Of a DNA stretch of 64,000 bases, positions 32,703-42,309 are shown piece by piece. The translations under genes and the position numbers were made by a program. How positions within the stretch are numbered: position 1 is the stretch's first letter; each line of letters starts with the position of its first letter. The DNA lies in assembly GCA_963662525.1 (NCBI GenBank), contig OY759717.1, forward strand, positions 1,813,670-1,877,669, in the 5' to 3' direction. The notes below the pieces were generated by a model. It had not been told where the DNA came from. It ran no database searches and worked only from the letters and a program-made list of their open reading frames with translations. This DNA comes from Bacteroidales bacterium. Its GTDB lineage: Bacteria > Bacteroidota > Bacteroidia > Bacteroidales > FEN-979.

Positions 32703-34142
32703 TCAGAATCCATTTGGATTATAATTGACACTTCCAGTGTCCGGGTCAATAGCCTGGACCTCATTTGTGGTATCGATCTGGGCATATGGATTCATCACTT
32801 TGTAGGTATGTGCGTCATCGCCCCATTTCCAATAAAGCGGATCTTTGACAGGGGGGGTGGGAAACGACGGAATGGGGTAAAATGCATAGGGAGAAACGAC
32901 AGCACGGCGCTGAAGGATACGGGTCGGGGAGACGTTGATCACCAACAGGTCAGCTGCAAAAGCGACATCTCCGACAGGATAATGGTTGCGCACGCTCTGC
33001 ATCGCAGATTCAATGGTGTCGTCGGCAGCCTGGAAATGGGTGGCCAGTGCGAGCCTGGGCGGTGGCGACATCTGGCTCAAAAGAAAACCGAAGGCGCCCT
33101 GCGGGGTGTGGGAACTGTTTTGCACCTGGAGGGCATAATTATAAGCCTCTTCATAATATGGTTCTCCCGGGAGGAGTCCTGAATTTTTTTCTGCCCAGAT
33201 CTGCGCTGGTACGACCATCTCATGGATCAGCAGGTCAACCCCCGATGCCTGGCTGATCATGTGTTTATTGGGTTTTGTATCCCCGCTGAAAATCATCGAC
33301 ATGCCGTTCCATTCCAGCTTATAGCTTACCGATCCGAACCGGGTATGGATGGCAGGAAAATGGGTTATCCTGACCTTTGTTGTCGGATTGTCATAGGCCA
33401 CATTGTCACCGGCATGATATCCATATTTTGTAAAGTCCAGTTCGATGGGATAGATGCAATATCCGTCGCCGGGATCATCATCGCCCACCTTGACCAGCGG
33501 TTTAAGAAGACCCCAGTCCTGCTGGGTTGGCAGGGTATAGCCGGAATACCCGGTAGAGCCGAAACTGAAACTTTCCGTGTGCCAGCGCATTAAATTCCTG
33601 AAATTCTGGCAAAACGCCATGGTGCCGTCTTCGTAGGGACCGCGGATATTGTTCAGGGGATCAACATAGGTGAACCCTGAGTTTTGCGGGCCCCAGATAA
33701 ACAGCGGCGACTTCCGGTCCTCGGCAGGTCCGAAACAGTATATATGCGTGAGATCGCTGGTGTGATCGGCATGAAGATGGGTGAAGAAAATCTTGTCCAT
33801 TTTGCTCATGGGGATTCCCATCGCGTTGTACTTGGCGGCAACCCCGGTTCCGCAGTCAAAAACAAACTGGTCTCCGCTACCGACCTCCACAAAAACGCTG
33901 TTGCATTCCTGCGACAAACGCGGGATACAGGATGATCCTAGGATCGTAATTCGCATCTCATCTGAGGCTAGTGGCTCGCCAAGAGGAAATACAGGTAAGG
34001 AGTCAAAAAACGAATTCTTCTGTGAAGGATCGGTCACGTTCGCGCCGGCAGGTTTACCATAGCCGCTCAGCGGCCCTCCCAGGGCAAGCCCTCCCAGTGA
34101 GGCACCTGAAAGTTTTAACATTTGTCTTCTTGTCAGTTTCAT
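32703..34142 (-). CDS. Tat-exported MBL-fold metallo-hydrolase
   Basis: Twin-arginine leader MKLTRRQMLKLSGASLGGLALGG. Metallo-beta-lactamase motif THLHADHTSD. Confidence 0.75.
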   Translation of the reverse strand: MKLTRRQMLKLSGASLGGLALGGPLSGYGKPAGANVTDPSQKNSFFDSLPVFPLGEPLASDEMRITILGSSCIPRLSQECNSVFVEVGSGDQFVFDCGTGVAAKYNAMGIPMSKMDKIFFTHLHADHTSDLTHIYCFGPAEDRKSPLFIWGPQNSGFTYVDPLNNIRGPYEDGTMAFCQNFRNLMRWHTESFSFGSTGYSGYTLPTQQDWGLLKPLVKVGDDDPGDGYCIYPIELDFTKYGYHAGDNVAYDNPTTKVRITHFPAIHTRFGSVSYKLEWNGMSMIFSGDTKPNKHMISQASGVDLLIHEMVVPAQIWAEKNSGLLPGEPYYEEAYNYALQVQNSSHTPQGAFGFLLSQMSPPPRLALATHFQAADDTIESAMQSVRNHYPVGDVAFAADLLVINVSPTRILQRRAVVSPYAFYPIPSFPTPPVKDPLYWKWGDDAHTYKVMNPYAQIDTTNEVQAIDPDTGSVNYNPNGF

Positions 34143-34241
34143 TTTACTCCAGCCTCCTGCCAGAATTTTTTAAAATATTTGTTTAACTTTTTTTTATAAT
34201 ATATTCTAAGTTATGATAAGTTGTCCGGGTTTATTGTCAGT

Positions 34242-35117
34242 TCAGAACCTTACCCTGATGTTTCCGGCCGCCCATATCAGCAGCAATGCAATAGCGACTG
34301 ACAAAATCCGGATACGGCTGGTGAAGATCTGCTTATCCGACTTCCTTATCCTGGGTTGAAACCGGATTACCGGATCGTCAACCAGGATGATGGCCATATA
34401 CCCCAGACTGATTAAAAAAGCAGGCCAGAACAAGTTCGTAAACGGCCAATTGAAAGCCATAAGTATAACCACACCCAGGATCCAGGGTCTGAGGAAAACG
34501 GCAAGGAAATATGACCGCTGTGCTTCCGGGCTCTTAAAAAATGCCAGCGTAAAAACTGTTTTAAGAAATTGGAAGTACCAGAAGCGGCTGGTGATGACCA
34601 GCACGACCAGGACCAGCAACGCCAATATTCCCCTGGAAACAAGGGAATTCAGCATCCACATATAGGCCACGCCGAAACCATCATAAAGCATAGTCCCTGC
34701 CAGGATGCTACAAGGGAAGGCATTCACCATCAAAAAACACATCCAGGTCAGAACAAGTTTGGTTTTCCAACCAGTCATGCTAAGATTTTTCATAATAAGT
34801 AAAAGGGCCACTCCTCCTATAGACATCAGCAAGGGGCCTGAACCAAAAACCAGCATGATCATTTCTTCAGACCATTTGGCGCCGCTTTCCGAGAAAAAAG
34901 AAAGATGGAAAAGGCCGTAGCTGAAGTGGATGTCAAAATAATTAAGGAGGATCATCAACCAGGCACATAGCAGGAATTGCATGAGCAGGGCTGAAAAAAT
35001 GAATATCACCGACGAGAACAGACTCAGTTCACGCAGGGAATGCTTTGACAGGGGCCCTTCAGCGGGTCTGCGTTTGCGTCGTTGGGGATAGAACATCCAG
35101 ACAAAGAGCGGTTTCAC
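34242..35117 (-). CDS. Uncharacterised polytopic (about 7 TM) membrane protein, overlapping the stop of the upstream mini-protein gene
   Basis: About seven hydrophobic helices. No recognisable family motif. The GTG start at 35117 overlaps the TGA stop of 35114..35362 (GTGA). An alternative ATG lies at 35096. Confidence 0.6.
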   Translation of the reverse strand: MKPLFVWMFYPQRRKRRPAEGPLSKHSLRELSLFSSVIFIFSALLMQFLLCAWLMILLNYFDIHFSYGLFHLSFFSESGAKWSEEMIMLVFGSGPLLMSIGGVALLLIMKNLSMTGWKTKLVLTWMCFLMVNAFPCSILAGTMLYDGFGVAYMWMLNSLVSRGILALLVLVVLVITSRFWYFQFLKTVFTLAFFKSPEAQRSYFLAVFLRPWILGVVILMAFNWPFTNLFWPAFLISLGYMAIILVDDPVIRFQPRIRKSDKQIFTSRIRILSVAIALLLIWAAGNIRVRF

Positions 35118-35362
35118 TTTTCCCTTGCTTCAGGTTTTCCTTTTGTTTTTTTTCTGGACTTGAAGAGTTTCTTACCGCCATAGGCAGCGCCCAGGGCAAG
35201 CAGAATGCCGAGTCCGCCATCGATGGGCCCGCCAACCGGACCATCGCTGCCCCCACCTCCGGTACGCGCATTACCAGGAGGAGGAGGAGGAGCCTGAGCC
35301 AATGCCGAAATACCAACACTTATTAAAACAGCAATAAACAGGATTTTGATGATGTTTTTCAT
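35114..35362 (-). CDS. 82-aa mini-protein, paralog of 1583..1831 (signal peptide, PPPPPG, PIDGG-TM-basic tail)
   Basis: MKNIIKILFIAVLISVGISALAQAPPPPPGNARTGGGGSDGPVGGPIDGGLGILLALGAAYGGKKLFKSRKKTKGK.... It starts 12 nt downstream of the stop of the giant gene 35375..39367. Confidence 0.75.
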   Translation of the reverse strand: MKNIIKILFIAVLISVGISALAQAPPPPPGNARTGGGGSDGPVGGPIDGGLGILLALGAAYGGKKLFKSRKKTKGKPEAREK

Positions 35363-35374
35363 AGTAGGTATGTT

Positions 35375-38300
35375 TTATTTGTTGATGACCTTTGCAACAA
35401 AATTCCGTCCCTCGGAAGAAACGGTTAAAATGTAAATGCCTTGTGCAATTGGAGCTTCCATGCTGATGATCCCTTCCATTTTATTTACCTGGCTACGGAT
35501 GATTTTTCCCAGTACATCATACAGGGTAATATTGACCGTATGACCCTGCATTGAGGGTACGTCCATGTAGATTTTGCCGTTGCTGATGAAGGCCTTTCCG
35601 TCGCTGGCATTGACGGAATTGATCCCATCAGGATAACCGAAAATCAGGCTGTACCTTTTTTCACTGTTGGAGGTGTCATGGGCAAACACATAGCTGCTGT
35701 TGTGCCGCAGGTCGGTCATCGACCCGTTGAGATGGTCCTGAAGCCGGATGGGCAGCATGGGATCAAAGCTTTCAATACCCGAGAACTGCAGACTGACCTC
35801 TCCGGCATGGCTCGTTTTAAAGTCCAGGGGAACGATCAGCGAACCTGAAGGGGGAGGCAGCTGGTTGATGCTCAGATGGAATTCTCCTTTTTCGGTCCAC
35901 AACTGAGGCGCATCTTCCAGACCCCAGAGTTTGAAACCGTCAAGCTGAGGGTCGAAGTCTGAACCTGCTGAACTGTTGAAACCCACAAAGGTCTCGTCGT
36001 AGTAATTGTTGGATTGGGCCGTAATTTTAAGCTGGTTCGAAGGAGCCGATTTATAGAACGACTGGGTATTGTGAACACAGGCACTGTTGTTGACCGTAAG
36101 CGTAGGGGAACCGCTGGTCATGACAATGAAGGACTGACCGACAGGTATGTTATAGTTGCTGCTTGCAGTTATTGTCGTATAGTTCCCTGCACCCGCAGGC
36201 CATATATAAGCTGTAGCCCCGATATTGTTTTTTACCCACCCTCCCGATGAACCCCAGTTGATGGCCGAGGGGTAGGGGTTGGGCACCAAGTTAAATGTGT
36301 ATGTTCCACCGTAAGATACTGAAAGCGGGAATGAACCTGTATTCAGGGAGCCGTTGAATGTATAGGTGTGAGAGGCCTCGGGGTAATAGATCATGTAACC
36401 TGTATTGCACAACAATGGTGTTGTGGTGGAGGTTCCGAGGTTGACCCATTTCCCATAATAGTTGCTATTCTCAGGATCAGCCTGTGTTGCATCCAGTTTG
36501 TACAGATAAGAGCCCAGGAAGAGGTTGGAGGTCGGACTGCCATAGTAAACCGGGATGGATACGAAATGGTACATGTTGGCTTCCAGATTTGAACTTCCGC
36601 TGATGTACCGATTTACTGTAGCCCCTACAGATGAGGAGCTTTGGATTAGAGATCCTGTACCCGTTGCATCGCTGCTGATCACCAGTCCGGAGTTGCCGGC
36701 GCTGTTGGTGAGAGCCCCATTGACCGTCAGGGCTTTACCGGGATCAATTGTCAATACAGCTCCTGACTGGATGGTCATGTTGTTGCATGCAGCCGGATTG
36801 GCGACCGCCTGTGTTACATGGGGCTGATTGGAAGGAGCAGAAGGAATGGTTACGTTGGAGGAGGCAATGGGTGCTGAACCAAGGTCCCAGTTGGATGTCA
36901 CGGACCAATCAGTGGACGTTGTGCCCATCCAAATTAGCGCGGTATTCTTTTCCCAGGCTCCCATCTCCGGAGAATCTGATCGGGTTGACCCGCCGTAGTC
37001 GGTGGTGACTCCTGTCCCCGATGCTGCTGGCAATAATGTCGAAGGAATATAATCTATGGCATTGATACCCCCAGCAGAGGCGAAGGATGGATCGAGGTCC
37101 TGACTATGAGAATCCTGTCCAGTCGCAGTTCTCCAGTCCGCCAGAGTTGTTTTATCACTACTATAAAATCCCAGTACTCCATCTGTCCCTGTTACGTAAT
37201 AATCATTGTAATCGATTGCCGAAACTGCACCGGAAAGGTAAATGGCATAATGTTTACCGGTGGCCCCGCTATTGGAGCGAGCATTGAACAGAATATTATT
37301 TTTGTAATTTCTTGTGCCTCCGCTACCAGCATCATGATATAAACAGGCGCTTTTCAAAGAACCTGATATAGGTGATCCGTTCAGGTAAACAGAATTAAAA
37401 TAAATACTGCTGGTATACCCCGGTGTATTTGCGTCATAGATTCCGTAAAGATTTGAAATTGTATTGCCTCCAAGGATTATAATGTTGTTTGAATAGGTCG
37501 TAGTGCCCTGGCCGATCTTGATTCCATGAAGGCTTGCTGAACTACTGCTTGAACTGACGCTCAGCCCATAAATGATATTGCCGTTCACAGAACTACCAGA
37601 GGATTGTCCATAATGGTAAATCCCTGCCACATGTCCGGTAAAATCGGAACGTGAATTGGATATATTATACACGGTGTTGCCAGAAATGGTCTGGTTGTTG
37701 CCGTTATAGATAGGCGCAACAATTCCGCCTGCAGAAAGCGAGGTGGAGGGGTAGCCGGTTGAAATGACAGGACCTGTTCCATTATTCGCATTCGCGATGG
37801 TTAAATCGTGTATCGTGTTTCCGGTTATAGTGTTTACTGCCTGAAAAGGATAGATCCCATAAATATACCCCTGCGAGGCGGTTGTTGCATTCGTTGTTCC
37901 GTTGGTCAGATTGGCTATTGTGTTATTTGAGATATTCATCGTAGAACTGCCCTGAATTTTGATTCCCACAACTGTCTGAGCGTTAGAGGTGGAAGCAGAA
38001 GTTGCGTTGATGCTGTTTGAGGTGGTCGTGCTGCCCACCAGGTTATTGCTGGTGGAACCTGAACCGCAAGTCGACGTAACCAAGATACCCAAAAAATTTG
38101 TCGCATTAGCCGCATTGCTGTTTGCAACAGTAATGGCACCAATGGTATTATTGTTTACGGTCGAGGAACAATAAACTCCTTGTATGATTCCCCTAAACCC
38201 TCCATCGGATGAGCCTGTTGTAAAAATTATGGAACCAGTACCGGTAGATGAACCGATACTATTGTTCGAGACATTATTGTCGCCAGCGTTAAAGTTAATT

Positions 38301-39367
38301 CCATCCCAGCCATAATTTCCCGAGTTGGTATAACTGAAATTTTTGATGGTATTCCCCTGGATATAATTCGTTGCTCCTGCCTGCTTGGCGTTAAGAAAAA
38401 TTGCTGTGAAACCGATATTACCAGTTGTTTTGGTCCATGTTCCGCTGCAAAGTGGCGCATTACCTCCGATATAATTATTGGAAATGGTAAAACCGCTGCC
38501 ATGATCGGCCCATACATAGATAGCACTTGCACTTCCTGAAATAGAGGAGGTGAAGTTCTGGGTATCGTAAAAGCTGTTTCCGCTGATTGTCCAGCCCGTA
38601 CTATAACTGTTGTTAGGGTGTGCATCATCTTGTGCGGAAAGAACTATAGCTCTGGTCCAATTTTGGTTGAGATTTAATACATCATAAAAATTGTTATTGG
38701 TCACGGTGTTTGAACTGTTCATTACCGCTTCACTAAATCCGCATGAAAACAGTGCATTTCGTGGCCTGTTTCCACCCGCATTGGTGATTTCATTATGGTC
38801 GATAGTATTATTGCTGTTTCCGGTGGTAGTTGCTACATTTTTAAAGGTTAGTATTCCATTGTATTGAGTTGTCGTAGAACCCTGAAGTTTACAATATTTT
38901 ATAATGTTATAGGTAGCATCATTTGTGAGTCTGATTGTGGAAGTATTACTGCCGTTGGATGTGCTTGCATTGGAAATTACAAGACTGACTGTGAATCCCG
39001 TTGCATTTACTTGACCATCAACAGTCACATGATCGGCGCCGTTGAGATCAATAATTGGACTTCCCAGGTTCCCGCTGATCGACAAACCAGTGGTGGTGGG
39101 ATAAATGTTCACCGAGGTGTAATTGGCGCTTCCCGAACTGCTGGCATTCAGGACGGCGGAAGAGGTTTCGGTTGTACTACCGATGATCTGTAGGGTGATG
39201 GCCCCGGTTAATGTTCCATCGTTGATTTTATCGAAGGCCGCCTTCAGGGTTGCATAATCACCACCGGATCCAATGGTCTTTGAAACATCAACAGGGGCAT
39301 TCTGGGCGTTTAACGCCAGGTTCGTGCTTATGAAAATAAGCAGAGCGAGTAAAATTCTATGTTTCAT
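35375..39367 (-). CDS. Giant secreted protein with parallel beta-helix-type repeats, the shared adhesin-like C-terminal module and a T9SS sorting domain
   Basis: The ATG at 39367 gives the signal peptide MKHRILLALLIFISTNLALNAQ. Periodic NNxI/GNxI turns (SNNTIANLTNGT, GNTIHDLTIAN, GNTVYNISNS, GNIIYGLSVS) are typical of right-handed beta-helices. C-terminus ISNGKIYMDVP...ITLYDVLGKIIRSQ...GIYILTVSSEGRNFVAKVINK. Confidence 0.85.
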   Translation of the reverse strand: MKHRILLALLIFISTNLALNAQNAPVDVSKTIGSGGDYATLKAAFDKINDGTLTGAITLQIIGSTTETSSAVLNASSSGSANYTSVNIYPTTTGLSISGNLGSPIIDLNGADHVTVDGQVNATGFTVSLVISNASTSNGSNTSTIRLTNDATYNIIKYCKLQGSTTTQYNGILTFKNVATTTGNSNNTIDHNEITNAGGNRPRNALFSCGFSEAVMNSSNTVTNNNFYDVLNLNQNWTRAIVLSAQDDAHPNNSYSTGWTISGNSFYDTQNFTSSISGSASAIYVWADHGSGFTISNNYIGGNAPLCSGTWTKTTGNIGFTAIFLNAKQAGATNYIQGNTIKNFSYTNSGNYGWDGINFNAGDNNVSNNSIGSSTGTGSIIFTTGSSDGGFRGIIQGVYCSSTVNNNTIGAITVANSNAANATNFLGILVTSTCGSGSTSNNLVGSTTTSNSINATSASTSNAQTVVGIKIQGSSTMNISNNTIANLTNGTTNATTASQGYIYGIYPFQAVNTITGNTIHDLTIANANNGTGPVISTGYPSTSLSAGGIVAPIYNGNNQTISGNTVYNISNSRSDFTGHVAGIYHYGQSSGSSVNGNIIYGLSVSSSSSSASLHGIKIGQGTTTYSNNIIILGGNTISNLYGIYDANTPGYTSSIYFNSVYLNGSPISGSLKSACLYHDAGSGGTRNYKNNILFNARSNSGATGKHYAIYLSGAVSAIDYNDYYVTGTDGVLGFYSSDKTTLADWRTATGQDSHSQDLDPSFASAGGINAIDYIPSTLLPAASGTGVTTDYGGSTRSDSPEMGAWEKNTALIWMGTTSTDWSVTSNWDLGSAPIASSNVTIPSAPSNQPHVTQAVANPAACNNMTIQSGAVLTIDPGKALTVNGALTNSAGNSGLVISSDATGTGSLIQSSSSVGATVNRYISGSSNLEANMYHFVSIPVYYGSPTSNLFLGSYLYKLDATQADPENSNYYGKWVNLGTSTTTPLLCNTGYMIYYPEASHTYTFNGSLNTGSFPLSVSYGGTYTFNLVPNPYPSAINWGSSGGWVKNNIGATAYIWPAGAGNYTTITASSNYNIPVGQSFIVMTSGSPTLTVNNSACVHNTQSFYKSAPSNQLKITAQSNNYYDETFVGFNSSAGSDFDPQLDGFKLWGLEDAPQLWTEKGEFHLSINQLPPPSGSLIVPLDFKTSHAGEVSLQFSGIESFDPMLPIRLQDHLNGSMTDLRHNSSYVFAHDTSNSEKRYSLIFGYPDGINSVNASDGKAFISNGKIYMDVPSMQGHTVNITLYDVLGKIIRSQVNKMEGIISMEAPIAQGIYILTVSSEGRNFVAKVINK

Positions 39368-39503
39368 GGTTGCTGGATTTTGATGCCCGAAGGGCGGGGT
39401 GGGAACCATTGGTTAGTTTTTATTATTGAAGATTAAAAGTATAATAATTCTTTTAATTGTTAATTGTTTATCAATATGTTTTTTGTGATCGGGGACTGAA
39501 CCC

Positions 39504-39971
39504 TCACCTGGATCCTGACTGCTGTTTGATCCATTCGGGAGTGTACTGAAAGTACCTTTGTTTAACCGCTGCAGGCAGTTCAACGTATTTTCCGATCGTC
39601 TTCCTGCACAGGTCCGATCCGCACTGACACTCCATCACCCAGGCATCTGCAATGATCGTGGAATAATCAAAAGTAACTTCCTCGCCGGCTTTAATATTTC
39701 TCATCGCGACAAGAAATACATCCTTAACAATTCCTGCATTGGGGTCGCAGGAATGATTGGTTCGCACCGCGGGTTCCCTCGCCATAATGTATTTGTCAAC
39801 CCCGATATTGAACAGATGATCTATAACCTCATCAGGAATACCGTCGAATTCGGGTATCGTGACCACGGGTCCCGAAAATTCAGTGATAATCTCATCTTTT
39901 TTAATGTCCCTGATCGCAAAAATTCCCAGGCCTTTGCTACTTGTTCTTTGAACGCTTACGAGATCTTTCAT
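39504..39971 (-). CDS. SET-domain protein (putative lysine methyltransferase)
   Basis: GLGIFAIRDIKKDEIITEFSG, NHSCDPNAG, EEVTFDYS, and post-SET Cys cluster ECQCGSDLCRKTIG. Confidence 0.85.
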   Translation of the reverse strand: MKDLVSVQRTSSKGLGIFAIRDIKKDEIITEFSGPVVTIPEFDGIPDEVIDHLFNIGVDKYIMAREPAVRTNHSCDPNAGIVKDVFLVAMRNIKAGEEVTFDYSTIIADAWVMECQCGSDLCRKTIGKYVELPAAVKQRYFQYTPEWIKQQSGSR

Positions 39972-40020
39972 TTTTAATGAATTAAATGAATACAGGATAA
40001 AAGTTTCTTATGCAATCTCT

Positions 40021-40028
40021 CAAAGATA
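40021..40028 (-). promoter_or_regulatory. -7 promoter box (TATCTTTG on the minus strand) upstream of the SET gene
   Basis: Exact TAnnTTTG match, 50 nt upstream of the ATG at 39971. Confidence 0.4.
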
Positions 40029-40087
40029 TCAAATATTTTTTATTGCCGGCTTCACCTATTCCTTTACAACATTGCCAGAGGAAGAAC

Positions 40088-40135
40088 CATTGGAAAATAT
40101 ATTTTCCAATGATTATGGCAACGGCTTTTCCAATG
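40088..40135. promoter_or_regulatory. Perfect 24-bp palindrome CATTGGAAAATA|TATTTTCCAATG plus a third half-site; candidate operator
   Basis: Positions 40088..40111 are exactly self-complementary (12+12). TTTTCCAATG recurs at 40126..40135. The site lies in the divergent intergenic region between the SET gene (-) and 40225..40935 (+). Confidence 0.5.
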
Positions 40136-40224
40136 AAACGCAATAGTTGTTATCTTCTTTAAGGTTAAATGGATGCCGGCCGTACTTGGATATTAAAAAT
40201 TGTTATTTTTATAACCATAAATTT

Positions 40225-40935
40225 ATGGTGTTAATTCAGAATGAAATGACCTCTAAATCAGTTGCGTTTTCTATAAACCTGATCTTATTACTCATCATGC
40301 TGCCGATTGCTCTGGGGCAAAAAATGCTGCTTAATACCAGGGAAATAGATCAGAAATTCTCACAGGTTTGGAAAGAAAGCAAAGTGTCGAGAAAAAATTA
40401 TGCCTGGAAGTCCAGAATTGAAGTCGCAAGAGACAATAAAGTAATGCAGGTACTGGTCGAAGAAATTTCATTCGATCCAAGGGGAAGGCAGATCCGGAAA
40501 GTAATCAGCAATCAGGAAACTCCGCTTCCTTCGACTTTTTTAATCCGCCAGATAGCTGAAGGCCAGAAAGCGAAAATCGTTGCTTTCATGAGCGATCTCA
40601 GTGTTTTCCTTGAGCAATATGCCCTTGATAATGACAGCCTGAGACATGCTTTTTTTTCGAAGGCAAGCATCAGCAGCCCGGATACAAGAGGGCAATTGTT
40701 GATTTCGGGGTCCAATGTGCTCACCCGGGGGGACCAACTAAAATGGTGGATTGATACCCGGTCTTATACCATCACCTATGCGACTATTTCAACAACATTT
40801 AAAGGGATAAGCGCTGAATTTTCAGCCACCTACTACCTGTTGCCAGGCTTGAATTACATGTCACAGGCAAAGATCAGGGTACCTTCAAAAAATATGGTAA
40901 TTACCCTGAAGTTCTTCGATTTTGTGAAGCGATGA
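40225..40935 (+). CDS. Hypothetical secreted protein
   Basis: ATG at 40225 or 40246, followed by the signal-like sequence TSKSVAFSINLILLLIMLPIALGQ. No family motif recognised. The TTG start at 40147 in the track is less likely. Confidence 0.5.
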   Translation: MVLIQNEMTSKSVAFSINLILLLIMLPIALGQKMLLNTREIDQKFSQVWKESKVSRKNYAWKSRIEVARDNKVMQVLVEEISFDPRGRQIRKVISNQETPLPSTFLIRQIAEGQKAKIVAFMSDLSVFLEQYALDNDSLRHAFFSKASISSPDTRGQLLISGSNVLTRGDQLKWWIDTRSYTITYATISTTFKGISAEFSATYYLLPGLNYMSQAKIRVPSKNMVITLKFFDFVKR

Positions 40936-40987
40936 TCGCGGCTTGCAAGCGTGTGCTTTTATGCTTTTATACCAGGGTTCATGTTTG

Positions 40988-41040
40988 CGATTTGATCCAT
41001 TCGGGCGTCTGCAATGAATGTGGAATAATCAAAAGTAACC
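40988..41040 (-). pseudogene. Decayed fragment of a SET-domain gene 3' end
   Basis: tttgatccattcggg + cgtctgcaatgaatgtggaataatcaaaagtaac matches 39526..39540 and 39643..39677 of the intact SET gene, with the intervening ~100 bp missing. The minus strand reads VTFDYSTFIADA and then goes out of frame. Confidence 0.6.
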
Positions 41041-41046
41041 TATGGG

Positions 41047-42120
41047 TCAATACCTTGCAGGTAACTGGTAATTTCGGGCCGCCAGCATGGAGATCAGCAT
41101 TCCCGGATCATCAGTGATGATGCCATCCACTCCCCAGTTAATAAGCGTTGACACCAGGGAGGGATTAAATACAGTACCGCTATGTTCCGGCCAGGTCCAG
41201 ACTACAACTTTTAATCCAAGTGCATGGGCCTCATCCAGTTTTGCCTTGGTAAGCACCACATCTTCCGGCTCCCAGCAGGTTCCGCCCAGGTCTTTGACCA
41301 TCTGGGGAATTGAATTTTTATGATCCTTCACCAAAACCCCGCCGGTCCATAATCCTGCTATGGCCGGATCGGGATCAAAGAAACTGTAAGGAGTTCCCGG
41401 TTCATTGTCCCATTCGGTGAGGTAGGCTGTCTTCACCCGGGCATTCAGTTTCTGAAGTTCATAGAGGCATCTCCAATCGAACGATTGGATCTCGCATATG
41501 TCAACGATATCCTCTTCAACCAAAATGGTATAAAGCGCCGCGGCAAACTCAGCCGGGGTAAAAGTCCAGTCGGTATGTTCGGGATCGGTTTTAAATTCGA
41601 TCTGGAAGCCAACTTTTCTCTTTGTTTTACCATTCACATAGTGAATCACTTCACGCAGGGTGGGCATATGTATGCCATCCATGCCCATCTGGGCCGGGAA
41701 AAATTTGCTGTAGGCGCTGGCTGTATCCATCCGCCCGACATCATATTTCTGAACCTCTGCCAGGGATAGCGATTTTACAATTTTTCGCTCTGTGATGAAT
41801 TTTCCATCAATATCCCGTACAATGTCAGGATTCAGCCTGATATCGTGTGATACGACGACTTCTCCTTCTTTCGACATCACGATGTCCATGTCCACCCAGT
41901 GGGTGCCGATGGCCAGACCTGCGGTATAACCAGGAATGGTATTCTCAGGAGCATAGCTTCTTGCTCCCCGGTGTGCATAAACTTCTAATTTTTTGCGCGT
42001 ATCAGGTGTAACAGGTTCACTGGTTTGTTTTTTACAACCTGGATGTATCAGAGTAACCAATGTGCCCAGAATCAGAAGAAATACGCGGATTGCTTTTAAC
42101 TTTTTCATGGGATTCAGCAT
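41047..42120 (-). CDS. Glycerophosphodiester phosphodiesterase (GDPD family), lipoprotein-like leader
   Basis: EVYAHRGARSYAPENTIPGY...WVDMDIVMSKEGEVVVSHD are typical GDPD catalytic blocks. Leader ...LVTLIHPGC. The start may be the ATG at 42120 or at 42108. Confidence 0.85.
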   Translation of the reverse strand: MLNPMKKLKAIRVFLLILGTLVTLIHPGCKKQTSEPVTPDTRKKLEVYAHRGARSYAPENTIPGYTAGLAIGTHWVDMDIVMSKEGEVVVSHDIRLNPDIVRDIDGKFITERKIVKSLSLAEVQKYDVGRMDTASAYSKFFPAQMGMDGIHMPTLREVIHYVNGKTKRKVGFQIEFKTDPEHTDWTFTPAEFAAALYTILVEEDIVDICEIQSFDWRCLYELQKLNARVKTAYLTEWDNEPGTPYSFFDPDPAIAGLWTGGVLVKDHKNSIPQMVKDLGGTCWEPEDVVLTKAKLDEAHALGLKVVVWTWPEHSGTVFNPSLVSTLINWGVDGIITDDPGMLISMLAARNYQLPARY

Positions 42121-42309
42121 TTACAATACATTCAAAGATAACACACAGCAGGAAATACTTATGAAAGTATAAATATACAAAATAGACCGGATATTCAGAA
42201 AATAGAACCAGACGAGATAGAAACATTTTGCATTAAAATAAACTCGCCTCCCCACAATTATTTGACATACGGTGAGTTTATAAAACTGAAATCCAATATA
42301 CCGGGCGCA

